From the NCBI RefSeq assembly GCF_009914755.1, contig NC_060925.1: a DNA stretch of 64,000 nt, one strand, 5' to 3'. The DNA is from the human T2T-CHM13v2.0 reference genome, Homo sapiens. Position numbers and translations under genes: made by a program. The notes below the pieces were generated by a model that was not told the origin of the DNA, made no database searches, and saw only the letters and a program-made list of their open reading frames with translations. How positions within the stretch are numbered: position 1 is the first letter of the stretch; every line of letters begins with the position of its first letter. Shown here in pieces: positions 27,401 through 41,131 of this stretch.

Positions 27401-30400
27401 CCTTAAAGCGCTTGAAATCTACACTTGCAAATTGCACAAATAGAGTGTTTCAAATCTGCTCTGTCTAAGGGAACGTTCAACTCTGTGAGTTGAATGCACA
27501 CAACACAAGGAAGTTACTGGGAATTCTTCTGTCTAGCCTTACATGAAAAAACCCGTTTCCAACGAAGGCTTCTAAGTGGTCAAAATATCCACGTGCAGAC
27601 TTTACAAACAGAGTGTTTCCAAACCGCTGAATGAAAAGAAAAGTTAAACTCTGAGAGTTGAACGCACACATCACGCAGCAGTTTCTGAGAATGATTCTGT
27701 CTAGTTTTTATACGAAGATATTTCCTTTTCTGCCTTTGGCCCCAAAGCGCTTGAAATCTCCACTTGCAAATTCCACAAAAACAGTGTTTCAAATCTGCTC
27801 TCTCTAAATGAAAGTTCAACTCTGTCAGTTGAATACACACAACACAAGGAAGTTACTGAGAATTCTTCTGTCTAGCATAATATGAAGAAATCCCGTTTCC
27901 AACGAAGGCCTCCAAGGGGTCTGAATATCCACTTGCAGACTTTATAAACAGAGTGTTTACTAACTGCTCTATGAAAAGAAAGGTTAAACTCTGTGAGTTG
28001 AACACACACATCACAAAGGAGTTTCTGAAAATCATTCTGTCTAGTTTTTCTACGAAGATATTTCCTTTTCTACTATTGACCTCAAAGCGGCTGAAATCTC
28101 CACTTGCAAATTCCACAAAAAGAGTGTTTCAAGTCTGCTCTGTGTAAAGGATCGTTCAACTCTGTGAGTTGAATACACACAACACAAGGAAGTTACTGAG
28201 AATTCTTCTGTCTAGCAGAATATGAAGAAATCCCGTTTCCAACGAAGGCCTCAAGGAGGTCTGAATATCCACTTGCAGACTTTACAAACAGAGTGTTTCC
28301 TAACTGCTCTATGAAAAGAAAGGTTAAACTCTGTGAGTTGGACGCACACATCACAAAGGAGTTTATGAGAATCATTCTGTCTAGTTTCTATAAGAAGATA
28401 TTTCCTATTCTACCATTGACCTCAAAGCGGCTGAAATCTCCATTTGCAAATTCGACAAAAAGAGTGTTTCAAGCCTGCTCTCTGTAAAGGATCGTTCAAC
28501 TCTGTGAGTTGAATACACACAACACAAGGAAGTTACTGAGAATTCTTCTGTCTAGCAGAATATGAAGAAATCCCGTTTCCAACGAAGGCCTCAAAGAGGT
28601 CTGAATATCCACTTGCAGACTTTACAAACAGAGTGTTTCCTAACTGCTCTATGAAAAGAAAAGTTAAACTCTGTGAGTTGAACGCACACATCACAAAGGA
28701 GTTTCTGAGAATCATTCTGTCTAGTCTTTATACGAAGATATTTCCTTTTCTACCATTGACCTCAAAGCGGCTGAAATCTCCACTTGCAAATTCCACAAAA
28801 AGAGTGTTTCAAGTCTGCTCTGGGTAAAGGATCGTACAACTCTGTGAGTTGAATACACACAACACAAGGAAGTTTCTGAGAATTCTTCTGTCTAGCAGAA
28901 TATGAAGAAATCCCGTTTCCAACGAAGGCCTCAAGGAGGTCTGAATATCCACTTGCAGACTGTATAAACAGAGTGTTTCCTAACTGCTCTATGAACAGAA
29001 AGGTTAAACTCTGTGAGTTGAACGAACACATCACAACGCAGTTTGTGGGAATGATTCTGTCTAGTTTTGAAACGAAGAAATTACCTTTTCTGCCATTGAC
29101 CTTAAAGCGCTTGAAATCTACACTTGCAAATTGCACAAATGGAGTGTTTCAAATCTGCTCTGTCTAAGGGAACGTTCAACTCTGTGAGTTGAATGCACAC
29201 AACACAAGGAAGTTACTGGGAATTCTTCTGTCTAGCCTTACATGAAGAAAACCCGTTTCCAGCGAAGGCCTCTAAGAGGTCAAAATATCCACGTGCAGAC
29301 TTTACAAAGAGAGTGTTTCCAAACCGCTGAATGAAAAGAAAAGTTAAACTCTGAGAGTTGAACGCAGACATCACGCAGCAGTTTCTGAGAATGATTCTGT
29401 CTAGTTTTTATACGAAGATATTTCCTTTTCTGCCTTTGGCCCCAAAGCGCTTGAAATCTCCACTTGCAAATTCCACAAAAACAGTGTTTCAAATCTGCTC
29501 TCTCTAAATGAAAGTTCAACTCTGTCAGTTGAATACACACAACACAAGGAAGTTACTGAGAATTCTTCTGTCTAGCATAATATGAAGAAATCCCGTTTCC
29601 AACGAAGGCCTCAAAGGGGTCTGAATATCCACTTGCAGACATTATAAACAGAGTGTTTACTAACTGCTCTATGAAAAGAAAGGTTAAACTCTGTGAGTTG
29701 AACACACACATCACAAAGGAGTTTCTGAGAATCATTCTGTCTAGTTTTTCTACGAAGATATTTCCTTTTCTACTATTGACCTCAAAGCGGCTGAAATCTC
29801 CACTTGCAAATTCCACAAAAAGAGTGTTTCAAGTCTGCTCTGTGTAAAGGATCGTTCAACTCTGTGAGTTGAATACACACAACACAAGGAAGTTACTGAG
29901 AATTCTTCTGTCTAGCAGAATATGAAGAAATCCCGTTTCCAAAGAAGGCCTCAAGGAGGTCTGAATATCCACTTGCAGACTTTACAAACAGAGTGTTTCC
30001 TAACTGCTCTATGAACAGAAAGGTTAAACTCTGTGAGTTGAACGCACACATCACAAAGGAGTTTCTGAGAATCATTCTGTCTAGTCTTTATACGAAGATA
30101 TTTACTTTTCTACCATTGACCTCAAAGCGGCTGAAATCTCCACTTGCAAATTCCACAAAAAGAGTGTTTCAAGTCTGCTCTGTGTAAAGGATCATTCAAC
30201 TCTGTGAGTTGAATACACACAACACAGGGAAGTTACTGAGAATTCTTCTGTCTAGCAGAATATGAAGAAATCCCGTTTCCAACGAAGGCCTCAAAGAGGT
30301 TTGCATATCCACTTGCAGACTTTACAAACAGAGTGTTTCCTAACTGCTCTATGAGAAGAAAAGTTAAACTCTGTGAGTTGAACGCACACATCACAAAAGA

Positions 30401-33400
30401 TTTTCTTAGAATCATTCTGTCTAGTCTTTATATGAAGATAGTTTCCTTTTCTACCATTGACCACAAAGCGGCTGAAATCTCCACTTGCAAATTCCACAAA
30501 AAGAGTGTTTCAAGTCTGCTCTGTGTAAAGGATCGTTCAACTCTGTGAGTTGAATACACACAACACAAGGAAGTTACTGAGAATTCTTCTGTCTAGCAGA
30601 ATATGAAGAAATCCCGTTTCCAACGAAGGCCTCAAAGAGGTCTGAATATCCACTTGCAGACTTTACAAACAGAGTGTTTCCTAACTGCTCTATGAAAAGA
30701 AAGGTTAAACTCTGTGAGTTGAACGCACACATCACAAAGGAGTTTCTGAGAATCGTTCTGTCTAGTTTCTATAGGAAGATGTTTCCTATTCTACCATTGA
30801 CCTCAAAGCGGCTGAAATCTCCACTTGCAAATTCCACAAAAAGAATGTTTCAAGTCTGCTCTGTGTAAACGATCGTTCAACTCTGTGAGTTGAATACACA
30901 CAACACAAGGAAGTTACTGAGAATTCTTCTGTCTAGCAGAATATGAAGAAATCCCGTTTCCAACGAAGGCCTCAAGGAGGTCTGAATATCCACTTGCAGA
31001 CTTTACAAACAGAGTGTTTCCTAACTGCTCTATGAAAAGAAAGGTTAAACTCTGTGAGTTGAACGCACACATCACAAAGGAGTTTATGAGAATCATTCTG
31101 TCTAGTTTCTATAAGAAGATATTTCCTATTCTACCATTGACCTCAAAGCGGCTGAAATCTCCACTTGCAAATTCGACAAACAGAGTGTTTCAAGCCTGCT
31201 CTCTGTAAAGGATCCTTCAACTCTGTGAGTTGAATACACACAACACAAGGAAGTTACTGAGAATTATTCTGTCTAGCATAATATGAAGAAATCCCGTTTC
31301 CAACGAAGGCCTCAAAGAGGTCTGAATATCCACTTGCAGACTTTACAAACAGAGTGTTTCCTAACTGCTCTATGAGAAGAAAAGTTAAACTCTGTGAGTT
31401 GAACGCACACATCACAAAAGATTTTCTGAGAATCATTCTGTCTAGTCTTTATATGAAGATAGTTTCCTTTTCTACCATTGACCTCAAAGCGGCTGAAATC
31501 TCCACTTGCAAATTCCACAAAAAGAGTGTTTCAAGTCTGCTCTGTGTAAAGGATCGCTCAACTCTGTGAGTTGAATACACACAACACAAGGAAGTTACTG
31601 AGAATTCTTCTGTCTAGCAGAATATGAAGAAATCCCGTTTCCAACGAAGGCCACAAGATGTCAGAATATCCACTTACAGACTTTACAAACAGAGTGTTTC
31701 CTAACTGCTCTATGAACAGAAAGGTTAAACTCTGTGAGTTGAACGAACACATCACAACGCAGTTTCTGGGAATGATTCTGTCTAGTTTTGAAACGAAGAT
31801 ATTTCCTTTTCTGCCGTTGACCTTAAAGCGCTTGAAATCTACACTTGCAAATTGCACAAATAGAGTGTTTCAAATCTGCTCTGTCTAAGGGAACGTTCAA
31901 CTCTGTGAGTTGAATGCACACAACACAAGGAAGTTACTGGGAATTCTTCTGTCTAGCCTTACATGAAAAAAACCCGTTTCCAACGAAGGCCTCTAAGTGG
32001 TCAAAATTTCCACGTGCAGACTTTACAAACAGAGTGTTTCCAAACCGCTGAATGAAAAGAAAAGTTAAACTCTGAGAGTTGAACGCACACATCACGCAGC
32101 AGTTTCTGAGAATGATTCTGTCTAGTTTTTATACGAAGATATTTCCTTTTCTGCCTTTGGCCCCAAAGCGCTTGAAATCTCCACTTGCAAATTCCACAAA
32201 AACAGTGTTTCCAATCTGCTCTCTCTAAATGAAAGTTCAACTCTGTCAGTTGAATACACACAACACAAGGAAGTTACTGAGAATTCTTCTGTCTAGCATA
32301 ATATGAAGAAATCCCGTTTCCAACGAAGGCCTCCAAGGGGTCTGAATATCCACTTGCAGACTTTATAAACAGACTGTTTACTAACTGCTCTATGAAAAGA
32401 AAGGTTAAACTCTGTGAGTTGAACACACACATCACAAAGGAGTTTCTGAGAATCATTCTGTCTAGTTTTTCTACGAAGATATTTCCTTTTCTACTATTGA
32501 CCTCAAAGCGGCTGAAATCTCCACTTGCAAATTCCACAAAAAGAGTGTTTCAAGTCTGCTCTGTGTAAAGGATCGTTCAACTCTGTGAGTTGAATACACA
32601 CAACACAAGGAAGTTACTGAGAATTCTTCTGTCTAGCAGAATATGAAGAAATCCCGTTTCCAACGAAGGCCTCAAAGAGGTCTGAATATCCACTTGCAGA
32701 CTTTACAAACAGAGTGTTTCCTAACTGCTCTATGAAAAGAAAGGTTAAACTCTGTGAGTTGAACGCACACATCACAAAGGAGTTTCTGAGAATCGTTCTG
32801 TCTAGTTTCTATAGGAAGATGTTTCCTATTCTACCATTGACCTCAAAGCGGCTGAAATCTCCACTTGCAAATTCCACAAAAAGAATGTTTCAAGTCTGCT
32901 CTGTGTAAACGATCGTTCAACTCTGTGAGTTGAATACACACAACACAAGGAAGTTACTGAGAATTCTTCTGTCTAGCAGAATATGAAGAAATCCCGTTTC
33001 CAACGAAGGCCTCAAGGAGGTCTGAATATCCACTTGCAGACTTTACAAACAGAGTGTTTCCTAACTGTTCTATGAAAAGAAAGGTTAAACTCTGTGAGTT
33101 GAACGCACACATCACAAAGGAGTTTATGAGAATCATTCTGTCTAGTTTCTATAAGAAGATATTTCCTATTCTACCATTGACCTCAAAGCGGCTGAAATCT
33201 CCACTTGCAAATTCGACAAACAGAGTGTTTCAAGCCTGCTCTCTGTAAAGGATCCTTCAACTCTGTGAGTTGAATACACACAACACAAGGAAGTTACTGA
33301 GAATTATTCTGTCTAGCATAATATGAAGAAATCCCGTTTCCAACGAAGGCCTCAAAGAGGTCTGAATATCCACTTGCAGACTTTACAAACAGAGTGTTTC

Positions 33401-36400
33401 CTAACTGCTCTATGAGAAGAAAAGTTAAACTCTGTGAGTTGAACGCACACATCACAAAAGATTTTCTGAGAATCATTCTGTCTAGTCTTTATATGAAGAT
33501 AGTTTCCTTTTCTACCATTGACCTCAAAGCGGCTGAAATCTCCACTTGCAAATTCCACAAAAAGAGTGTTTCAAGTCTGCTCTGTGTAAAGGATCGCTCA
33601 ACTCTGTGAGTTGAATACACACAACACAAGGAAGTTACTGAGAATTCTTCTGTCTAGCAGAATATGAAGAAATCCCGTTTCCAACGAAGGCCACAAGATG
33701 TCAGAATATCCACTTACAGACTTTACAAACAGAGTGTTTCCTAACTGCTCTATGAACAGAAAGGTTAAACTCTGTGAGTTGAACGAACACATCACAACGC
33801 AGTTTGTGGGAATGATTCTGTCTAGTTTTGAAACGAAGAAATTTCCTTTTCTGCCGTTGACCTTAAAGCGCTTGAAATCTACACTTGAAAATTGCACAAA
33901 TAGAGTGTTTCAAATCTGCTCTGTCTAAGGGAACTTTCAACTCTGTGAGTTGAATGCACACAACACAAGGAAGTTACTGGGAATTCTTCTGTCTAGCCTT
34001 ACATGAAGAAAACCCGTTTCCAACGAAGGCCTCTAAGTGGTCAAAATATCCACGTGCAGACTTTACAAAGAGAGTGTTTCCAAACCGCTGAATGAAAAGA
34101 AAAGTTAAACTCTGAGAGTTGAACGCACACATCACGCAGCAGTTTCTGAGAATGATTCTGTCTAGTTTTTATACGAAGATATTTCCTTTTCTGCCTTTGG
34201 CCCCAAAGCGCTTGAAATCTCCACTTGCAAATTCCACAAAAACAGTGTTTCAAATCTGCTCTCTCTAAATGAAAGTTCAACTCTGTCAGTTGAATACACA
34301 CAACACAAGGAAGTTACTGAGAATTCTTCTGTCTAGCATAATGTGAAGAAATCCCGTTTCCAACGAAGGCCTCAAAGGGGTCTGAATATCCACTTGCAGA
34401 CTTTATAAACAGAGTGTTTACTAACTGCTCTATGAAAAGAAAGGTTAAACTCTGTGAGTTGAACACACACATCACAAAGGAGTTTCTGAGAATCATTCTG
34501 TCTAGTTTTTCTACGAAGATATTTCCTTTTCTACTAGTGACCTCAAAGCGGCTGAAATCTCCACTTGCAAATTCCACAAAAAGAGTGTTTCAAGTCTGCT
34601 CTGTGTAAAGGATCGTTCAACTCTGTGAGTTGAATACACACAACACAAGGAAGTTACTGAGAATTCTTCTGTCTAGCAGAATATGAAGAAATCCCGTTTC
34701 CAACGAAGGCCTCAAGGAGGTCTGAATATCCACTTGCAGACTTTACAAACAGAGTGTTTCCTAACTGCTCTATGAAAAGAAAGGTTAAACTCTGTGAGTT
34801 GAACGCACACATCACAAAGGAGTTTCTGAGAATCATTCTGTCTAGTCTTTATACGAAGATATTTACTTTTCTACCATTGACCTCAAAGCGGCTGAAATCT
34901 CCACTTGCAAATTCCACAAAAAGAATGTTTCAAGTCTACTCTGTGTAAAGGATCGTTCAACTCTGTGAGTTGAATACACACAACACAAGGAAGTTACTGA
35001 GAATTCTTCTGTCTAGCATAATATGAAGAAATCCCGTTTCCAACGAAGGCCTCAAAGAGGTCTGAATATCCATTGCAGACTTTACAAACAGAGTGTTTCC
35101 TAACTGCTCTATGAAAAGAAAAGTTAAACTCTTTGAGTTGAACGCACACATCACAAAGGAGTTTCTGAGAATCATTCTGTCTAGTCTTTATACGAAGATA
35201 TTTCCTTTTCTACCATTGACCTCAAAGCGGCTGAAATCTCCACTTGCAAATTCCACAAAAAGAGTGTTTCAAGTCTGCTCTGTGTAAAGGATCGTTCAAC
35301 TCTGTGAGTTGAATACACACAACACAAGGAAGTTACTGAGAATTCTTCTGTCTAGCAGAATATGAAGAAATCCCGTTTCCAACGAAGGCCTCAAGGAGGT
35401 CTGAATATCCACTTGCAGACTTTACAAACAGAGTGTTTCCTAACTGCTCTATGAACAGAAAGGTTAAACTCTGTGAGTTGAACGCACACATCACAAAGGA
35501 GTTTCTGAGAATCATTCTGTCTAGTCTTTATACGAAGATATTTACTTTTCTACCATTGACCTCAAAGCGGCTGAAATCTCCACTTGCAAATTCCACAAAA
35601 AGAGTGTTTCAAGTCTGCTCTGTGTAAAGGATCATTCAACTCTGTGAGTTGAATAAACACAACACAAGGAAGTTACTGAGAATTCTTCTGTCTAGCAGAA
35701 TATGAAGAAATCCCGTTTCCAACGAAGGCCTCAAGGAGGTCTGAATATCCACTTGCAGACTTTACAAACAGAGTGTTTCCTAACTGCTCTATGAAAAGAA
35801 AGGTTAAACTCTGTGAGTTGAATGCACACATCACAAAGGAGTTCATGAGAATCATTTTGTCTAGGTTCTATAAGAAGATATTTCCTATTCTACCATTGAC
35901 CTCAAAGCGGCTGAAATCTCCACTTGCAAATTCGACAAAAAGAGTGTTTCAAGCCTGCTCTCTGTAAAGGATCCTTCAACTCTGTGAGTTGAATACACAC
36001 AACACAAGGAAGTTACTGAGAATTATTCTGTCTAGCATAATATGAAGAAATCCCGTTTCCAACGAAGGCCTCAAAGAGGTCTGAATATCCACTTGCACAC
36101 TTTACAAACAGAGTGTTTCCTAACTGCTCTATGAGAAGAAAAGTTAAACTCTGTGAGTTGAACGCACACATCACAAAAGATTTTCTGAGAATCATTCTGT
36201 CTAGTCTTTATATGAAGATAGTTTCCTTTTCTACCATTGACCTCAAAGCGGCTGAAATCTCCACTTGCAAATTCCACAAAAAGAGTGTTTCAAGTCTGCT
36301 CTGTGTAAAGGATCGTTCAACTCTGTGAGTTGAATACACACAACACAAGGAAGTTACTGAGAATTCTTCTGTCTAGCAGAATATGAAAAAATCCCGTTTC

Positions 36401-39400
36401 CAACGAAGGCCACAAGATGTCAGAATATCCACTTACAGACTTTACAAACAGAGTGTTTCCTAACTGCTCTATGAAAAGAAAGGTTAAACTCTGTGAGTTG
36501 AACACACACATCACAAAGGAGTTTCTGAGAATCATTCTGTCTAGTTTTTCTACGAAGATATTTCCTTTTCTACTATTGACCTCAAAGCGGCTGAAATCTC
36601 CACTTGCAAATTCCACAAAAAGAGTGTTTCAAGTCTGCTCTGTGTAAAGGATCGTTCAACTCTGTGAGTTGAATACACACAACACAAGGAAGTTACTGAG
36701 AATTCTTCTGTCTCGCAGAATAGGAAGAAATCCCGTTTCCAACGAAGGCCTCAAAGAGGTCTGAATATCCACTTGCAGACTTTACAAACAGAATGTTTCC
36801 TAACTGCTCTATGAAAAGAAAGGTTATACTCTGTGAGTTGAACGCACACATCACAAAGGAGTTTCTGAGAATCGTTCTGTCTAGTTTCTATAGGAAGATA
36901 TTTCCTATTCTACCATTGACCTCAAAGCGGCTGAAATCTCCACTTGCAAATTCCACAAAAAGAATGTTTCAAGTCTGCTCTGTGTAAACGATCGTTCAAC
37001 TCTGTGAGTTGAATACACACAACACAAGGAAGTTACTGAGAATTCTTCTGTCTAGCAGAATATGAAGAAATCCCGTTTCCAACGAAGGCCTCAAGGAGGT
37101 CTGAATATCCACTTGCAGACTTTACAAACAGAGTGTTTCCTAACTGCTCTATGAAAAGAAAGGTTAAACTCTGTGAGTTGAACGCACACATCACAAAGGA
37201 GTTTATGAGAATCATTCTGTCTAGTTTCTATAAGAAGATATTTCCTATTCTACCATTGACCTCAAAGCGGCTGAAATCTCCACTTGCAAATTCGACAAAA
37301 AGAGTGTTTCAAGCCTGCTCTCTGTAAAGGATCCTTCAACTCTGTGAGTTGAATACACGCAACACAAGGAAGTTACTGAGAATTATTCTGTCTAGCATAA
37401 TATGAAGAAATCCCGTTTCCAACGAAGGCCTCAAAGAGGTCTGAATATCCACTTGCACACTTTACAAACAGAGTGTTTCCTAACTGCTCTATGAGAAGAA
37501 AAGTTAAACTCTGTGAGTTGAACGCACACATCACAAAAGATTTTCTGAGAATCATTCTGTCTAGTCTTTATATGAAGATAGTTTCTTTTCTACCATTGAC
37601 CTCAAAGCGGCTGAAATCTCCACTTGCAAATTCCACAAAAAGAGTGTTTCAAGTCTGCTCTGTGTAAAGGATCTTTCAACTCTGTGAGTTGAATACACAC
37701 AACACAAGGAAGTTACTGAGAATTCTTCTGTCTAGCAGAATATGAAGAAATCCCGTTTCCAACGAAGGCCACAAGATGTCAGAATATCCACTTACAGACT
37801 TTACAAACAGAGTGTTTCCTAACTGCTCTATGAACAGAAAGGTTAAACTCTGTGAGTTGAAGGAACACATCACAACGCAGTTTGTGGGAATGATTCTGTC
37901 TAGTTTTGAAACGAAGATATTTCCTTTTCTGCCGTTGACCTTAAAGCGCTTGAAATCTACACTTGCAAATTGCACAAATAGAGTGTTTCAAATCTGCTCT
38001 GTCTAAGGGAACGTTCAACTCTGTGAGTTGAATGCACACAACATAAGGAAGTTACTGGGAATTCTTCTGTCTAGCCTTACATGAAAAAAACCCGTTTCCA
38101 ATGAAGGCCTCTAAGTGGTTAAAATTTCCACGTGCAGACTTTACAAACAGAGTGTTTCCAAACCGCTGAATGAAAAGAAAAGTTAAACTCTGAGAGTTGA
38201 ACGCACACATCACGCAGCAGTTTCTGAGAATGATTCTGTCTAGTTTTTATACGAAGATATTTCCTTTTCTGCCTTTGGCCCCAAAGCGCTTGAAATCTCC
38301 ACTTGCAAATTCCACAAAAACAGTGTTTCAAATCTGCTCTCTCTAAATGAAAGTTCAACTCTGTCAGTTGAATACACACAACACAAGGAAGTTACTGAGA
38401 ATTCTTCTGTCTAGCATAATATGAAGAAATCCCGTTTCCAACGAAGGCCTCAAAGAGGTCTGAATATCCACTTGCAGACTTTACAAACAGAGTGTTTCCT
38501 AACTGCTCTATGAAAAGAAAGGTTAAACTCTGTGAGTTGAACGCACACATCACAAAGGAGTTTCTGAGAATCGTTCTGTCTAGTTTCTATAGGAAGATAT
38601 TTCCTATTCTACCATTGACCTCAAAGCGGCTGAAATCTCCACTTGCAAATTCCACAAAAAGAATGTTTCAAGTCTGCTCTGTGTAAACGATCGTTCAACT
38701 CTGTGAGTTGAATACACACAACACAAGGAAGTTACTGAGAATTCTTCTGTCTAGCATAATATGAAGAAATCCCGTTTCCAACGAAGGCCTCAAAGAGGTC
38801 TGAATATCCACTTGCAGACTTTACAAACAGAGTGTTTCCTAACTGCTCTATGAAAAGAAAAGTTAAACTCTGTGATTTGAACGCACACATCACAAAGGAG
38901 TTTCTGAGAATCATTCTGTCTGGTCTTTATACGAAGATATTTCCTTTTCTACCATTGACCTCAAAGCGGCTGAAATCTCCACTTGCAAATTCCACAAAAA
39001 GAGTGTTTCATGTCTGCTCTGTGTAAAGGATCGTTCAACTCTGTGAGTTGAATACACACAACACAAGGAAGTTACTGAGAATTCTTCTGTCTAGTAGAAT
39101 ATGAAGAAATCCCGTTTCCAACGAAGGCCTCAAGGAGGTCTGAATATCCACTTGCAGACTTTACAAACAGAGTGTTTCCTAACTGCTCTATGAACAGAAA
39201 GGTTCAACTCTGTGAGTTGAACGCACACATCACAAAGGAGTTTCTGAGAATCATTCTGTCTAGTCTTTATACGAAGATATTTACTTTTCTACCATTGACC
39301 TCAAAGCGGCTGAAATCTCCACTTGGAAATTCCACAAAAAGAGTGTTTCAAGTCTGCTCTGTGTAAAGGATCATTCAACTCTGTGAGTTGAATAAACACA

Positions 39401-40790
39401 ACACAAGGAAGTTACTGAGAATTCTTCTGTCTAGCAGAATATGAAGAAATCCCGTTTCCAACGAAGGCCTCAAGGAGGTCTGAATATCCACTTGCAGACT
39501 TTACAAACAGAGTGTTTCCTAACTGCTCTATGAAAAGAAAGGTTAAACTCTGTGAGTTGAACGCACACATCACAAAGGAGTTTATGAGAATCATTCTGTC
39601 TAGTTTCTATAAGAAGATATTTCCTATTCTACCATTGACCTCAAAGCGGCTGAAATCTCCACTTGCAAATTCGACAAACAGAGTGTTTCAAGCCTGCTCT
39701 CTGTAAAGGATCCTTCAACTCTGAGAGTTGAATACACACAACACAAGGAAGTTACTGAGAATTATTCTGTCTAGCATAATATGAAGAAATCCCGTTTCCA
39801 ACGAAGGCCTCAAAGAGGTCTGAATATCCACTTGCAGACTTTACAAACAGAGTGTTTCCTAACTGCTCTATGAGAAGAAAAGTTAAACTCTGTGAGTTGA
39901 ACGCACACATCACAAAAGATTTTCTGAGAATCATTCTGTCTAGTCTTTATATGAAGATAGTTTCCTTTTCTACCATTGACCTCAAAGCGGCTGAAATCTC
40001 CACTTGCAAATTCCACAAAAAGAGTGTTTCAAGTCTGCTCTGTGTAAAGGATCGTTCAACTCTGTGAGTTGAATACACACAACACAAGGAAGTTACTGAG
40101 AATTCTTCTGTCTAGCAGAATAGGAAGAAATCCCGTTTCCAACGAAGGCCACAAGATGTCAGAATATCCACTTACAGACTTTACAAACAGAGTGTTTCCT
40201 AACTGCTCTATGAACAGAAAGGTTAAACTCTGTGAGTTGAACGAACACATCACAACGCAGTTTGTGGGAATGATTCTGTCTAGTTTTGAAACGAAGATAT
40301 TTCCTTTTCTGCCGTTGACCTTAAAGAGCTTGAAAACTACACTTGCAAATTGCACAAATAGAGTGTTTCAAATCTGCTCTGTCTAAGGGAACGTTCAACT
40401 CTGTGAGTTGAATGCACACAACACAAGGAAGTTACTGGGAATTCTTCGGTCTAGCCTTACATGAAAAAATCCCGTTTCCAACGAAGGCCTCTAAGTGGTC
40501 AAAATTTCCACGTGCAGACTTTACAAACAGAGTGTTTCCAAACCGCTGAATGAAAAGAAAAGTTAAACTCTGAGAGTTGAACGCACACATCACGCAGCAG
40601 TTTCTGAGAATGATTCTGTCTAGTTTTTATACGAAGATATTTCCTTTTCTGCCTTTGGCCCCAAAGCGCTTGAAATCTCCACTTGCAAATTCCACAAAAA
40701 CAGTGTTTCAAATCTGCTCTCTCTAAATGAAAGTTCAACTCTGTCAGTTGAATACACACAACACAAGGAAGTTACTGAGAATTCTTCTGT

Positions 40791-41131
40791 CTAGCATAAT
40801 ATGAAGAAATCCCGTTTCCAACGAAGGCCTCAAAGGGGTCTGAATATCCACTTGCAGACTTTATAAACAGAGTGTTTACTAACTGCTCTATGAAAAGAAA
40901 GGTTAAACTCTGTGAGTTGAACACACACATCACAAAGGATTTTGTGGGAATCGTTCTGTCTAGTCTTTATACGAAGATAGTTTCCTTTTCTACCATTGAC
41001 CTCAAAGCGGCTGAAATCTCCACTTGCAAATTCCACAAAAGGAGTGTTTCAAGTCTGCTCTGTGTAAAGGATCGTTCATCTCTGTGAGTTGAATACACAC
41101 AACACAAGGAAGTTACTGAGAATTCTTCTGT
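40791..41131 (-). repeat. Rare mosaic dimer X (copy 1)
   Basis: C-type front followed by AAAGGATTTTGTGGGAATCGTTCTGTCTAGTCTTTATACGAAGATAGTTTCC, which matches none of the types A-H. Confidence 0.85.

Noticed and set aside
35065-37595. Isolated 1-bp deletions at ~35072 (CCATTGC) and ~37585 (GTTTCTTTTC)
   Set aside because: They are singletons that cannot be told apart from sequencing error. The frameshifted ORFs they create have no meaning.
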